A stretch of DNA of 32,000 bases from an uncultured bacterium (GTDB lineage Bacteria > Margulisbacteria > WOR-1 > CAVSGV01): assembly GCA_963699255.1 (NCBI GenBank), contig OY969425.1, forward strand, positions 1,230,001 through 1,262,000, written 5' to 3'. The notes below the pieces were generated by a model. That model ran no database searches and had not been told where the DNA came from. It saw only the letters and a program-made list of their open reading frames with translations. The position numbers and the translations under genes were made by a program. Shown in pieces: positions 1 through 8,822 of this stretch. The stretch's first letter is position 1; every line of letters starts with the position of its first letter.

Positions 1-1
1 G

Positions 2-1018
2 TCGAAAACCGGCGTCAAAGACATAGTACTGTTTGAAAAGGAAAAGCTGCTGGGCACAGGCGCTACTCAATATTGCTCCGGCGGAGTAAGATATCAGTTC
101 TCGACCCCCATCAATGTCAAGTTCTCCATAGCCGCGTTCCCGGAGCTTGAGAAGTTCGACATCGGGATGCACAGATACGGATACCTCATCCTGGACATGA
201 AAGACGATTCGATGTCGAGGGTAAAAATGCAGAACGACCTGGGGGTAAAGAGCGAATATCTGACCCCGGCGCAGCTTAAAGAACGATTCCCGTATATCAA
301 TATTGAAGGAGTTAAGAGCGCTTCTTTCCACAAGCTTGACGGGATTGCCGAACCGGCGAAACTCATGGAGATCTATGAAAAAGGCGCGAAGGCTAACGGG
401 GTAAAGGTCAGATATGGGGTTAAGGTTAAGAGATTGGTCAAGGATGGGGATAGAGTTATTGGTCTGGAAACAAATGAAGGGATTATCAAGGCTGGTAAGG
501 TCATCCTAGCCGCCGGACCTCAATCCCCCGAACTCGCAAAGACCATCGGGTTGGACATCAAGATCGTTCCGAGAAGAAAATACATACTGGCCGTCACGGG
601 ATTCGACTTTGATTTTCCCGTCGTCATGGAAGTTCCTACGGGCTGGTACATAAAGAAGGAAGGCGCGGACGCCCTAGTTGGAATGTCCGGCAAGGAAGAG
701 AAGGCGGACTTCGAGAAAAAAGAAGAAAGCGTTACCGAAACCCTTGAGGCATCGCTGAAGAGATTCCCGCTGACCGAGAGCTCGAGCATAAAGAAAGTGA
801 ACAGCACCATGAGCGATGAGACCCCGGATAAGCACGCGGTGATCGATGACCACACGCCGGGGCTTATAATCGCAACGGGATTCTCCGGGCACGGTTTCAT
901 GCACTCGCCTGCTGTCGGCAGGATCGTGACAAACCTGATAAAGAATGAAAAGCCGGAACTGGATGTTTCTGAGCTTAAACTTCATCGAAGCCACATCAAA
1001 GAACCGATAGCGATCTGA
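2..1018 (+). CDS. FAD-dependent oxidoreductase, DAO/sarcosine-oxidase-like family (5' truncated by window edge)
   Basis: The frame is open from base 2, before the called ATG at 167 (SKTGVKDIVLFEKEKLLGTGATQYCSGGVRYQFST...). C-terminal 'GLIIATGFSGHGFMHSPAVGRIVTNLI' is typical of DAO-fold enzymes. Confidence 0.85.
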   Translation, partial: SKTGVKDIVLFEKEKLLGTGATQYCSGGVRYQFSTPINVKFSIAAFPELEKFDIGMHRYGYLILDMKDDSMSRVKMQNDLGVKSEYLTPAQLKERFPYINIEGVKSASFHKLDGIAEPAKLMEIYEKGAKANGVKVRYGVKVKRLVKDGDRVIGLETNEGIIKAGKVILAAGPQSPELAKTIGLDIKIVPRRKYILAVTGFDFDFPVVMEVPTGWYIKKEGADALVGMSGKEEKADFEKKEESVTETLEASLKRFPLTESSSIKKVNSTMSDETPDKHAVIDDHTPGLIIATGFSGHGFMHSPAVGRIVTNLIKNEKPELDVSELKLHRSHIKEPIAI

Positions 1019-1106
1019 TCTAAAATCCCCCGCTCGCTTCACTCGCGCCAACTCCTCATCCCCGGTTTGAGAACTATCATTATCTACTAATTCTGGCTAC
1101 ATAACT

Positions 1107-1129
1107 CCCCTCTCCTTACAGGAGAGGGG
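1107..1129. repeat. Intergenic palindrome CCCCTCTCC-ttaca-GGAGAGGGG
   Basis: Perfect 9-bp stem, 5-nt loop. Related hairpin and flank (actCCCCTCTCCT...GGGGC..GGGGTGA) occurs at 9351-9375. Confidence 0.7.
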
Positions 1130-1201
1130 CAAGGGGTGAAGTGCATTTCCAAGTTTACACAGTGCTCATATTAATGTAGAATTGGCACTTCGAGGCAGTA
1201 A

Positions 1202-1909
1202 ATGCTATCAATTATCGTTCCAACATATAATGAGAGCAGGAATATAGAGGCGCTTTTAACGCGTATTTTTACCGCGCTTAAGCCAAATTATACCCCTTAT
1301 GAAGTCATCGTTGTAGATGACAACTCCCCCGACGGAACAGCCCAGATAGCGGAAGCGCTTAAGTCCAAGTTCGACCTCAGGGTAGTGAAACGACCCCGCA
1401 AGATAGGGCTTGCCTCAGCGGTATTGAACGGCTTCAAGCTTGCGACAGGCGATATCCTGTGCGTGATGGACGCTGACCTGAGCCATCCTCCTGAAGCGAT
1501 ACCGGAAATGTACAAGGCGATCAGCAGCGGCGATTTCGAAGTGGTCATAGGCAGCAGGTGCGTTGAAGGAGGCGGGGCCACGAACTGGCCTTGGTACAGG
1601 CGGTTCGGTTCAACCTTTGCGCAGCTGCTCGCAAAGCCCATAACACATGTCAATGACAACACATCAGGATTTTTTATCATCAAAAGAAGCGTCCTTGAAG
1701 GCGCGGACATAAATCCGATAGGGTTCAAGATCCTCCTTGAGATCATCGCTAAGGGGAACTATTCAAAGATCAAAGAAATCCCCATAGTGTTCAATGATCG
1801 CGGCGGCGGCAAGAGCAAACTGGGCATGAAGCAGACAATGGAGTACCTGAAGCAGCTCGGCCTAATTTATTACGGGATATTTTCAGGCAAAATAAAAAGG
1901 AGGAAATAA
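1202..1909 (+). CDS. Polyprenol/dolichol-phosphate mannosyltransferase-like family 2 glycosyltransferase
   Basis: MLSIIVPTYNESRNIEALL...VIVVDDNSPDGT...VMDADLSHPPE...GSRCVEGG; DPM1-type GT2 signature. Confidence 0.9.
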   Translation: MLSIIVPTYNESRNIEALLTRIFTALKPNYTPYEVIVVDDNSPDGTAQIAEALKSKFDLRVVKRPRKIGLASAVLNGFKLATGDILCVMDADLSHPPEAIPEMYKAISSGDFEVVIGSRCVEGGGATNWPWYRRFGSTFAQLLAKPITHVNDNTSGFFIIKRSVLEGADINPIGFKILLEIIAKGNYSKIKEIPIVFNDRGGGKSKLGMKQTMEYLKQLGLIYYGIFSGKIKRRK

Positions 1910-1910
1910 T

Positions 1911-2270
1911 TTGGTTAATGTTCTTTTGCTGTTCGTTTCCATATCTCTTGCGGTCGCGGGCCAGCTGCTCATGAAACAGGGAATGATGATGTTCGGGAAG
2001 TTCCCCGTTACTCAGCTCCTGGCCAAAATGATCCCTATGATCTTTCAGCCTTACGTGTTCCTTGGCATAATTTGTTTTGGCGTGAGTTCCATTTTCTGGC
2101 TTGTGGTACTTTCACGCATAGATCTCAGCCTGGCATACCCTCTGGTGAGCATAGCTTATATAGTAGTGGCGATATTTTCTTATTATGTGTTCAAGGAGAA
2201 TGTTTCCCTGCTCAGGTGGATAGGAATAATAACTATTTGCCTGGGGGTGCTGCTGATATCCAGGAGTTAA
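1911..2270 (+). CDS. Small EamA/SMR-type multidrug/undecaprenyl-carrier-like membrane protein
   Basis: 119 aa with four hydrophobic segments, 'AGQLLMKQGM', 'DLSLAYPLVSIAYIVVAIFSYYVFKENV'; TTG start directly after the GT2 gene. Confidence 0.75.
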   Translation: MVNVLLLFVSISLAVAGQLLMKQGMMMFGKFPVTQLLAKMIPMIFQPYVFLGIICFGVSSIFWLVVLSRIDLSLAYPLVSIAYIVVAIFSYYVFKENVSLLRWIGIITICLGVLLISRS

Positions 2271-2373
2271 TTAACAATGAACAATGACCCAATTAAACAA
2301 CAATGAAGAAATATTATTAATCGCCGAAGGCGACACCTTGTTGTTAATTGTTAATTGTGAAATTGTTAATTAA
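2267..2373. repeat. ~107-bp inverted-repeat element, copy A (TIR TTAATTAACAAT / ATTGTTAATTAA)
   Basis: Perfect 12-bp terminal inverted repeats, central hairpin TCGCC-gaa-GGCGA; homologous to the reverse complement of ~4062-4158. Confidence 0.7.
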
Positions 2374-2861
2374 TCTTTCTTGTAGTACTTTGTGAAATCT
2401 TCCGGCTTCAGGTTGTCGACGAATTCCTTGAATTTCTTTGTCTCTTCGGCGTCCTTTTCCGCGTTGACCAGCTTTGCCTGCATCATAACGACTTCCGACA
2501 CGAATATCGGCGCCGATGCGCGTATCGCAAGAGCTATCGCGTCGGATGGCCTTGAATCAATGGTGATCTTTTCATTTTTTTCCTTCTCTATCTCTATTAC
2601 GGAGTAGAAGGTGCCTTCCTTGACGTCATTTATTATGATCCGTGAAACCTTCGCGTTAAACTTGTCGATCACGGACTTCAAAAGGTCATGCGTCATCGGG
2701 CGAGGCGGTCGAAGTCCCTGCAGTTCCATGGCAATGGACGCGGCCTCGAATATTCCTATCCATATGGGAAGAAAGTTCATCTCATCATGGTCCCTTAGCA
2801 GAACAAGTGGGGACAGGTTCCGGGGGTCAAATCCAAGCCCGCCGACTTCCATCTGGATCAT
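2370..2861 (-). CDS. Bifunctional nuclease (BFN/DUF151) domain protein
   Basis: LVLLRDHDEMNFLPIWIGIFEAASIAMELQG...RPMTHDLL...IDSRPSDAIALAIR; characteristic BFN sequence. Confidence 0.9.
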   Translation of the reverse strand: MIQMEVGGLGFDPRNLSPLVLLRDHDEMNFLPIWIGIFEAASIAMELQGLRPPRPMTHDLLKSVIDKFNAKVSRIIINDVKEGTFYSVIEIEKEKNEKITIDSRPSDAIALAIRASAPIFVSEVVMMQAKLVNAEKDAEETKKFKEFVDNLKPEDFTKYYKKD

Positions 2862-3281
2862 TTACTTTTTTCCTGCTTGTCCGCCTTCGGAGGACCTGGC
2901 AGTCTTTGTGCTTTTGCCCGCTTTACCGGCAGGCGCGGCCTTTACGCTTTCAACAAGCTTATTGAATGTCTCACTGTCGTTAAGGGCCATTTCCGCAAGC
3001 ATTTTCCTGTCGATCAATATGTTCGCATTTTTTAAGCCGTTCATCAGCTTTCCATAGGTCAACCCTATTTTCCTGGCCGCCGCGTTTATCCTGGTGATCC
3101 ATAGAGCCCTCATATCCCCCTTGCGTTTCCTCCTGTGGGCAGTTGCATAGGACATGGCCCTGATCACGGCCTGATGCGAAGGCCTGAAAAGCTTTGATAA
3201 TGAACCGCGGAAACCCTTCGCCCTCTTAAGCAGTTTTTTTCTTCTATTGCGGGCTACATTGCCCCTTTTTACCCTGACCAT
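2862..3281 (-). CDS. rplT: 50S ribosomal protein L20 with a short low-complexity C-terminal tail
   Basis: MVRVKRGNVARNRRKKLLKRAKGFRGSLSKLFR...AMSYATAHRRKRKGDMRALWITRINAAAR. Confidence 0.98.
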   Translation of the reverse strand: MVRVKRGNVARNRRKKLLKRAKGFRGSLSKLFRPSHQAVIRAMSYATAHRRKRKGDMRALWITRINAAARKIGLTYGKLMNGLKNANILIDRKMLAEMALNDSETFNKLVESVKAAPAGKAGKSTKTARSSEGGQAGKK

Positions 3282-3500
3282 CTATATTCCTCCCCGCCCC
3301 GCTTTGTAGCCGGGCATCATATGTCTTATTCTGTCCCTGTCGGAATGTGAAACCTCAACGCGCTTTCCGAGCTTCCTTTTCGTTGACTTTGCTTTGTGTT
3401 CGAGCAGATGTTTTTTCTTCGCCCTGTAACGGAATATCCTTCCGGACTTCCGTATCTTGAACCTTTTTGCCGCTGCTTTCCTTGTTTTTATTTTTGGCAA
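3282..3500 (-). CDS. rpmI: 50S ribosomal protein L35
   Basis: MPKIKTRKAAAKRFKIRKSGRIFRYRAKKKHLLEHKAKSTKRKLGKRVEV; adjacent to infC and rplT. Confidence 0.97.
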   Translation of the reverse strand: MPKIKTRKAAAKRFKIRKSGRIFRYRAKKKHLLEHKAKSTKRKLGKRVEVSHSDRDRIRHMMPGYKAGRGGI

Positions 3501-3529
3501 TTTAATATCCCTCTCAATCTATTCTGTGA

Positions 3530-4063
3530 TCATTTCGGGCTAAGGAGCATGAAATAAAGCTTGCCTTCGAGTTTCGGCCTGGTCTCAGGAGCGCCGCAAC
3601 TTGAAACGTCATCTATCAGCCGCTGCAACACATTTAAACCGAGCTGCGGATGCGTCACTTCCCTGCCTTTGAAACGCAGGGATATCTTCACTTTATGCCC
3701 TTTCTTCAAAAAATCGACCGTCTTGTTAAGGACAACTTGATAATCATGTTCGCCGATCTTTGATGAAAGCTTGAGTTCCTTCAGTGTCGTGGCTTTTTGC
3801 TTTTTTCGGGCTTCCTTTTCCTGCTTCATCATTTCATACTTCATTTTCCCGAAATCGGTGATCTTGCAAACCGGATTGTTACTATCCGCCGAGACCAGTA
3901 TCAGGTCGAATCCGCCCTCTCTCGCGATCCTTAGGGCCTCATCCCTTGACATTATTCCAAGCTGTTTCCCGTCCGCATCAATGACCCTGACGTTTCCCGG
4001 ACGGATCCTCTCGTTGATGATGTAATTTTTTATCCTTCTCGAACCCCCTTTTTCAATGACCAA
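3530..4063 (-). CDS. infC: Translation initiation factor IF-3 (start codon uncertain; the called TTG is doubtful)
   Basis: NERIRPGNVRVIDADGKQLGIMSRDEALRIA...DYQVVLNKTVDFLKKGHKVKISLRFKGREVTHPQLG. Confidence 0.96.
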   Translation of the reverse strand: MVIEKGGSRRIKNYIINERIRPGNVRVIDADGKQLGIMSRDEALRIAREGGFDLILVSADSNNPVCKITDFGKMKYEMMKQEKEARKKQKATTLKELKLSSKIGEHDYQVVLNKTVDFLKKGHKVKISLRFKGREVTHPQLGLNVLQRLIDDVSSCGAPETRPKLEGKLYFMLLSPK

Positions 4064-4158
4064 TTAACAATTATTCAATTAACAACAATGCGTCGCTTCG
4101 CGACATATTATTAAATATTTTTCATCGTTGTTAATTGTGTCATTGTTCATTATTAATT
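4062..4158. repeat. ~100-bp inverted-repeat element, copy B, opposite orientation to copy A
   Basis: Reverse complement (TAATGAACAATGACACAATTAACAACGATGA...TTGTTGTTAATTG..AATTGTTAATT) aligns with 2267-2373; central GTCGC-ttc-GCGAC hairpin. Confidence 0.65.
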
Positions 4159-4168
4159 ATATATTTAT

Positions 4169-5896
4169 TTACCGTTTCTTACCAGCAATTTCTTTTTTGA
4201 TCAGAGAGACGAAATCTTCAAGCTTGCTTGAACCAAGGTCGCCCTTTCCCCTCGCCCTTATTGAAACCGTGTTCGAACCTATTTCTTTGTCGCCTATTAT
4301 CATCATATATGGGGTTTTTTGGGTCTCGGCATCCCTGATCTTAAGCCCGATCTTTTCCCTTCGGTCATCCACTTCCACCCTGATATCGTTGCCAAAAAGC
4401 TCGTCCCTCACCTTTTTTGCGTAATCAAGGTGCCTGTCAGCTATCGGAAGTATCTGGACCTGAACAGGGGAAAGCCACACAGGGAAAGCCCCCGCGTAAT
4501 GTTCTATCAGGGCGCCTATGAACCGCTCCATAGATCCCAGCACTACCCTGTGGATCATTGCCGGGCGGTGCTCTTTCCCGTCCTCGCCGGTATATTTCAG
4601 GTCGAACCTCTCGGGAAGCTGAAAATCCACCTGTATGGTAGGCCCCTGCCAGAGGCGGCCTATCGCATCTTTCAGTTTTATATCGATCTTGGGTCCGTAG
4701 AAAACGCCCGCGCCCTCATCTATCTTATAGGTTTCGCCTTTCGACTTAAGCGCATTGACCAGGGCTTCGGTCGCGTGTTCCCAGTTCTCTTTTGTCCCGA
4801 CATATTTTTCAGGCCTAGTTGAAAGATTTATCTCATAGTCAAATCCGAAAACTTTCATCATATCGAACACAAAATCTATTACCTTAATGATCTCGTCCTT
4901 CAGCTGCTCATGCGTGCAGAAGATATGGGCGTCATCCTGAGTGAAACCCCTTACTCTCAGCAATCCGTGAAGGACCCCGGATTTTTCATGACGATATACG
5001 GTGCCGAGTTCAAAGTATTTTATAGGCAGATCGCGGTAGCTCCTGAGCTTTCTCTTGAATATCAGGATATGCCCTGGGCAGTTCATCGGTTTTAACACGT
5101 ACTCCTGCTCCTCAATTTTCAAGTAATACATAAATTCCCGATAATACCCCGAGTGTCCCGAGGTGTTCCACAGATCCGCCTTGGCAATGTGAGGGATAAC
5201 GACTGTTTCATATCCCCGCTTTCTGTGTTCCGCCTTCAAGAAAGTCTCTATTGTCTCTCTCAGAACGGCGCCCTTCGGATAATAATATACGAGGCCCGCC
5301 CCGGCTTCTTCCTGGAAAATATTGAAAAGGTCTAGCAGCTTGCCCAGTTTCCTGTGGTCGCGCTTCCCGGCCTCTTCGATGAGCTTAAGATGATCATCCA
5401 GATCTTTCTGGGATTCAAAAGCTGTTCCGTAGATCCTCTGTAGCATCTTGTTCTTTTCGGAACCCCTCCAATAAGCTCCCGCTATTGACAGAAGCTTGAA
5501 CGCCTTGATGTCCTTTGTCGACCCGACATGCGGACCGCGGCACAGGTCGGTGAACGCGCCGTTCTTGTAAAAAGTGACATTTTCGTCGGGGATGTCGTTC
5601 AGGATCTCAACCTTGTATATTTCACCCTCGTTTTTCATGAGCTTTATCGCTTCGGCCCTGCTTATTTCCTGACGTTCGAATTTCTCTCCGCGGGCGATGA
5701 TCTCCCTCATTTTCTCCTCGATCTTCGGGAGGTCGTCCTCGACCAGCGTGTGGGGCATGTCGAAATCATAATAAAAACCCGTTTCAATGGAGGGGCCTAT
5801 CGCAAGGAGAACATTGGGAAAGAGCTCCTTTACGGCTTCTGCCATTATGTGCGATGTTGAGTGACGAAGTGTTTCCAGTTTAGACGGCTCTTTCAA
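4169..5896 (-). CDS. thrS: Threonyl-tRNA synthetase, short form apparently lacking the N-terminal TGS domain
   Basis: TLRHSTSHIMAEAVKELFP...AIGPSIETGFYYDFD...GTVYRHEKSGVLHGLLRVRGFTQDDAHIF; TTG start preceded by a GGAG Shine-Dalgarno. Confidence 0.97.
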   Translation of the reverse strand: MKEPSKLETLRHSTSHIMAEAVKELFPNVLLAIGPSIETGFYYDFDMPHTLVEDDLPKIEEKMREIIARGEKFERQEISRAEAIKLMKNEGEIYKVEILNDIPDENVTFYKNGAFTDLCRGPHVGSTKDIKAFKLLSIAGAYWRGSEKNKMLQRIYGTAFESQKDLDDHLKLIEEAGKRDHRKLGKLLDLFNIFQEEAGAGLVYYYPKGAVLRETIETFLKAEHRKRGYETVVIPHIAKADLWNTSGHSGYYREFMYYLKIEEQEYVLKPMNCPGHILIFKRKLRSYRDLPIKYFELGTVYRHEKSGVLHGLLRVRGFTQDDAHIFCTHEQLKDEIIKVIDFVFDMMKVFGFDYEINLSTRPEKYVGTKENWEHATEALVNALKSKGETYKIDEGAGVFYGPKIDIKLKDAIGRLWQGPTIQVDFQLPERFDLKYTGEDGKEHRPAMIHRVVLGSMERFIGALIEHYAGAFPVWLSPVQVQILPIADRHLDYAKKVRDELFGNDIRVEVDDRREKIGLKIRDAETQKTPYMMIIGDKEIGSNTVSIRARGKGDLGSSKLEDFVSLIKKEIAGKKR

Positions 5897-5905
5897 AGTA
5901 TCTCC

Positions 5906-6166
5906 TCAGTTCAGGCTCAGCGGAAGTTTTGTCATCATGAACGGAACGTTTATCGATCCGCTAGAAGATAGTTTTGCGTGTATGTCCTTGAAGGATCCCT
6001 TAAGGCTTATCTTTATGTTTTCTGCCACTATTTCAGAGATCTTTTCTATCATGTCATCAAGCGCTTCCTCAATGCTTGCGCCTTCGCTTTCGCAGTTCGG
6101 GAAATTTGGGCAGGAAACTATGAAGCTACCGTCATCTTTCGGTTTAACTATTATGTCCAGATTCAT
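5906..6166 (-). CDS. HicB-like (type II antitoxin family) small protein; no HicA partner seen
   Basis: DIIVKPKDDGSFIVSCPNFPNCESEGASIEEALDDMIEKISEIVAE: HicB-type partial RNase-H-fold N-terminal pattern. Confidence 0.75.
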   Translation of the reverse strand: MNLDIIVKPKDDGSFIVSCPNFPNCESEGASIEEALDDMIEKISEIVAENIKISLKGSFKDIHAKLSSSGSINVPFMMTKLPLSLN

Positions 6167-6188
6167 GCTCTAATTATACCATCTGGGC

Positions 6189-7340
6189 CTATGCCATGCT
6201 AGTTATTATCTCTTTTTTTGCCCACAGATCGGCCGCCAGGATATCTTCAAGGGTCGGCTCGCTTGTATTGAAATGCTTATCCATAGCCTGTTTTACAAGC
6301 AGCGGGATATCCGTGAACTTTATCCGCCCTTCAAGGAACAACCTTACCGCTTCGTTGTTCGCGGCGTTCAGCACAGCGGGCACGGTCCCGCCCCGTCTTC
6401 CCGCGATATAGGCGTAATCGAGGCATGGGAATTTTTCCCTGTCCGGCGCTAAAAAAGTGAGTGCCTCTACCTTTGTAAGGTTGATCAGATCGAATTTGTT
6501 CTGGGCCCTTTCTCCATCAAATAATGCATATTGAATTGGTATCCTCATGTCCGGTGCGGCCATCTGGGCGATTATCGAGCCGTCAAGGAATTCGACCATC
6601 GAATGGATCACGCTCTGGGGATGTATTACAACATCTATTTTTGAATAATCCAATCCGAACAGATGATGCGCTTCGATCACTTCAAAACCCTTATTCATAA
6701 GGCTGGCGGAGTCAACGGAGATCTTATCCCCCATGCGCCACCTCGGGTGAGCCAGGGCATCACTAACGGAAACCCTGGAGAACTTATCGGCTGAAAGCGT
6801 AAGGAACGGCCCGCCGGAAGCCGTTAAGATCACTTTTTTTATCTTTGAGAGATCCTCGGATCTCAAGCACTGCGCGACACCCGAATGCTCGCTGTCTATG
6901 GGGGCCAATCTTATTTTCTTTTTTTTGACCTCCCTCATTATTATATCGCCCGCCGCAACAAGCACCTCCTTGCTTGCAAGAGCGATGTTCTTTTTAAGAC
7001 CGATGGCTTCCATCGTCGGGATTATCCCTGTTGAGCCCGGGATAGCGACCACAACCGTATCAGAATCCTTATGGGTAGAGACCTTGATAAGCCCTTCGCT
7101 TCCGAAGTACACAACGGTAGTGGTTTTCCCCAGTTTTCCCTGAAGTATCTCGGCGGACGCTTCCGTATCCACCGAAACTATTTTTGGCGAGAATCTTTTT
7201 ACCTGCTCCGCGAGGACGTTCAGGTTGTCTTTTGCGGCAAGCCCAATGACCTTGAACCTGTTCGGGAACGAGGAAATGACGTCCAGCGTTTGAAGGCCAA
7301 TAGAGCCGGTCGAGCCTAGAATAGAGATGTTCTTTCTCAA
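6189..7340 (-). CDS. dxr: 1-deoxy-D-xylulose 5-phosphate reductoisomerase
   Basis: ISILGSTGSIGLQTLDVI...LASKEVLVAAG...RLAPIDSEHSGVAQCL...MNKGFEVIEAHHLFGL. Confidence 0.98.
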   Translation of the reverse strand: MRKNISILGSTGSIGLQTLDVISSFPNRFKVIGLAAKDNLNVLAEQVKRFSPKIVSVDTEASAEILQGKLGKTTTVVYFGSEGLIKVSTHKDSDTVVVAIPGSTGIIPTMEAIGLKKNIALASKEVLVAAGDIIMREVKKKKIRLAPIDSEHSGVAQCLRSEDLSKIKKVILTASGGPFLTLSADKFSRVSVSDALAHPRWRMGDKISVDSASLMNKGFEVIEAHHLFGLDYSKIDVVIHPQSVIHSMVEFLDGSIIAQMAAPDMRIPIQYALFDGERAQNKFDLINLTKVEALTFLAPDREKFPCLDYAYIAGRRGGTVPAVLNAANNEAVRLFLEGRIKFTDIPLLVKQAMDKHFNTSEPTLEDILAADLWAKKEIITSMA

Positions 7341-7372
7341 ATCAGTTCACCCGAAGGATACGGAGGGACTTA

Positions 7373-8368
7373 TCATTTTTTCTTCAGCCAGCTCATCATT
7401 TTGCGCAGCTGTGCGCCGACAATCTCGATAAGATGTTCCCTGTCTTTTCTCATTAGAGCGTTGTAAACCGGTCTTCCCGCCTGATTTTCCGTGATCCATT
7501 CTTTCGCGAATGAGCCGTTCTGAATACGATTTAAAGCGTACTGCATCCTGGCCCTGACCGAATCGTCGATAATATACGGGCCTACGGTGATATCGCCGTA
7601 TTTTGCCGTAGTGCTTATACCATCTCTCATTCCGGAAATCCCTCTTTCATACATAAGATCAACGATCAACTTCAGCTCATGCATGCATTCAAAATAAGCG
7701 ATCTCCGGCTGGTAACCGGCGTTGACCAGTATCTCAAATCCGGATTTGACCAGTGAGGTCGTCCCGCCGCAAAGAACGCACTGTTCGCCAAAAAGGTCGG
7801 TTTCGGTCTCTTCTTTGAAAGTTGTTTCAAGGACGCCGGCCCTTGTCGCGCCGATGCCTTTTGCGTACGCGAGTGCGACATCTTTTCCTTTGCCTGTCGG
7901 ATCCTGCTGGACGGCAAATATAGCCGGGACGCCGCTTCCTTCCGTATAAAGTTTTCTAACAAGCGGGCCTGGTCCTTTCGGCGCCACCATTATCACATCC
8001 ACGTCCGCGGGCGGTAGTATCTGGTTGAAATGGATATTGAAGCCGTGCGAGAACATTAGGGTTTTTCCCTTTGTCATATTCTTCGCTATGGATTGTTTAT
8101 ATACCCCCCCCTGAAGTTCATCCGGCACCAGCATCTGGACTATGTCCGCCTGCTTGGATGCTTCTTCAGCTGACATAGGCTTATATCCGTCCTTCTTCGC
8201 TCTATCCCAATTCGGACTCCCCTCCAATTCCGAAACAATAACGTTCACCCCGCTGTCCTTTAGGTTCATTCCCTGGGCCCCTCCCTGACTGCCGTACCCT
8301 ATCATCGCGACCGTTTTCCCCTTCAAAATATTCAGATCCGCATCCTTATCATAATATACCTTTGCCAT
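7373..8368 (-). CDS. ilvC: Ketol-acid reductoisomerase
   Basis: [21 protein letters not shown]...[12 protein letters not shown]...[11 protein letters not shown]...[19 protein letters not shown]. Confidence 0.98.
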   Translation of the reverse strand: MAKVYYDKDADLNILKGKTVAMIGYGSQGGAQGMNLKDSGVNVIVSELEGSPNWDRAKKDGYKPMSAEEASKQADIVQMLVPDELQGGVYKQSIAKNMTKGKTLMFSHGFNIHFNQILPPADVDVIMVAPKGPGPLVRKLYTEGSGVPAIFAVQQDPTGKGKDVALAYAKGIGATRAGVLETTFKEETETDLFGEQCVLCGGTTSLVKSGFEILVNAGYQPEIAYFECMHELKLIVDLMYERGISGMRDGISTTAKYGDITVGPYIIDDSVRARMQYALNRIQNGSFAKEWITENQAGRPVYNALMRKDREHLIEIVGAQLRKMMSWLKKK

Positions 8369-8369
8369 A

Positions 8370-8822
8370 TCAACCCCTCCTTTTCTTTTTATTCAATCCA
8401 CACCACAAATTATCGCAGCTTGAACAGGCCGTCATCCCGTGCAGGAAAAACCAGCCCCAAAAGAGCGCTATAGAGACCGCCGCTAACAAATAATCCTCGT
8501 AATAAAGCAGGAACGGCACCGGGAACACGGCGACCATAAGCCAGAGAGACGCCAGTAATGCATCCTCCGGATCGGACGGCCCCTCATGCCTCCCATCAAA
8601 AAAATACTTCGAGATCAACCCCCCGAATATATAACATTCTTTTCCAAAATACACGCACCTTGTGCAATAGAGGTACGTGTGAGCAAAAATGACTCCGCCC
8701 GCAAAAATGAAATAAATATACGGCAGAAGGTTGTTGTGCACATACAGCGTAAAAGTCCCGAACAATACGCATATTGCCAGCCCGGGAACGTTCACCAGAC
8801 GGTTAAGATCGCACCTATTCAT
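8370..8822 (-). CDS. Uncharacterised multi-pass membrane protein with cytosolic/loop Cys clusters (called ORF begins at 8861; preferred start 8822)
   Basis: The internal ATG ([10 protein letters not shown]...) at 8822 overlaps the ilvN stop; hydrophobic segments; '[13 protein letters not shown]' and '[10 protein letters not shown]' motifs. Confidence 0.7.
   Translation of the reverse strand: MNRCDLNRLVNVPGLAICVLFGTFTLYVHNNLLPYIYFIFAGGVIFAHTYLYCTRCVYFGKECYIFGGLISKYFFDGRHEGPSDPEDALLASLWLMVAVFPVPFLLYYEDYLLAAVSIALFWGWFFLHGMTACSSCDNLWCGLNKKKRRG

Noticed and set aside
520-900. Antisense ORFs opposite well-supported genes (520..900, 1297..1746, 2392..2607, 2611..3057, 4319..4822, 5528..5860, 9626..10000, 11650..12132)
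   Set aside because: They are fully nested opposite strongly conserved genes and lack recognisable domains.
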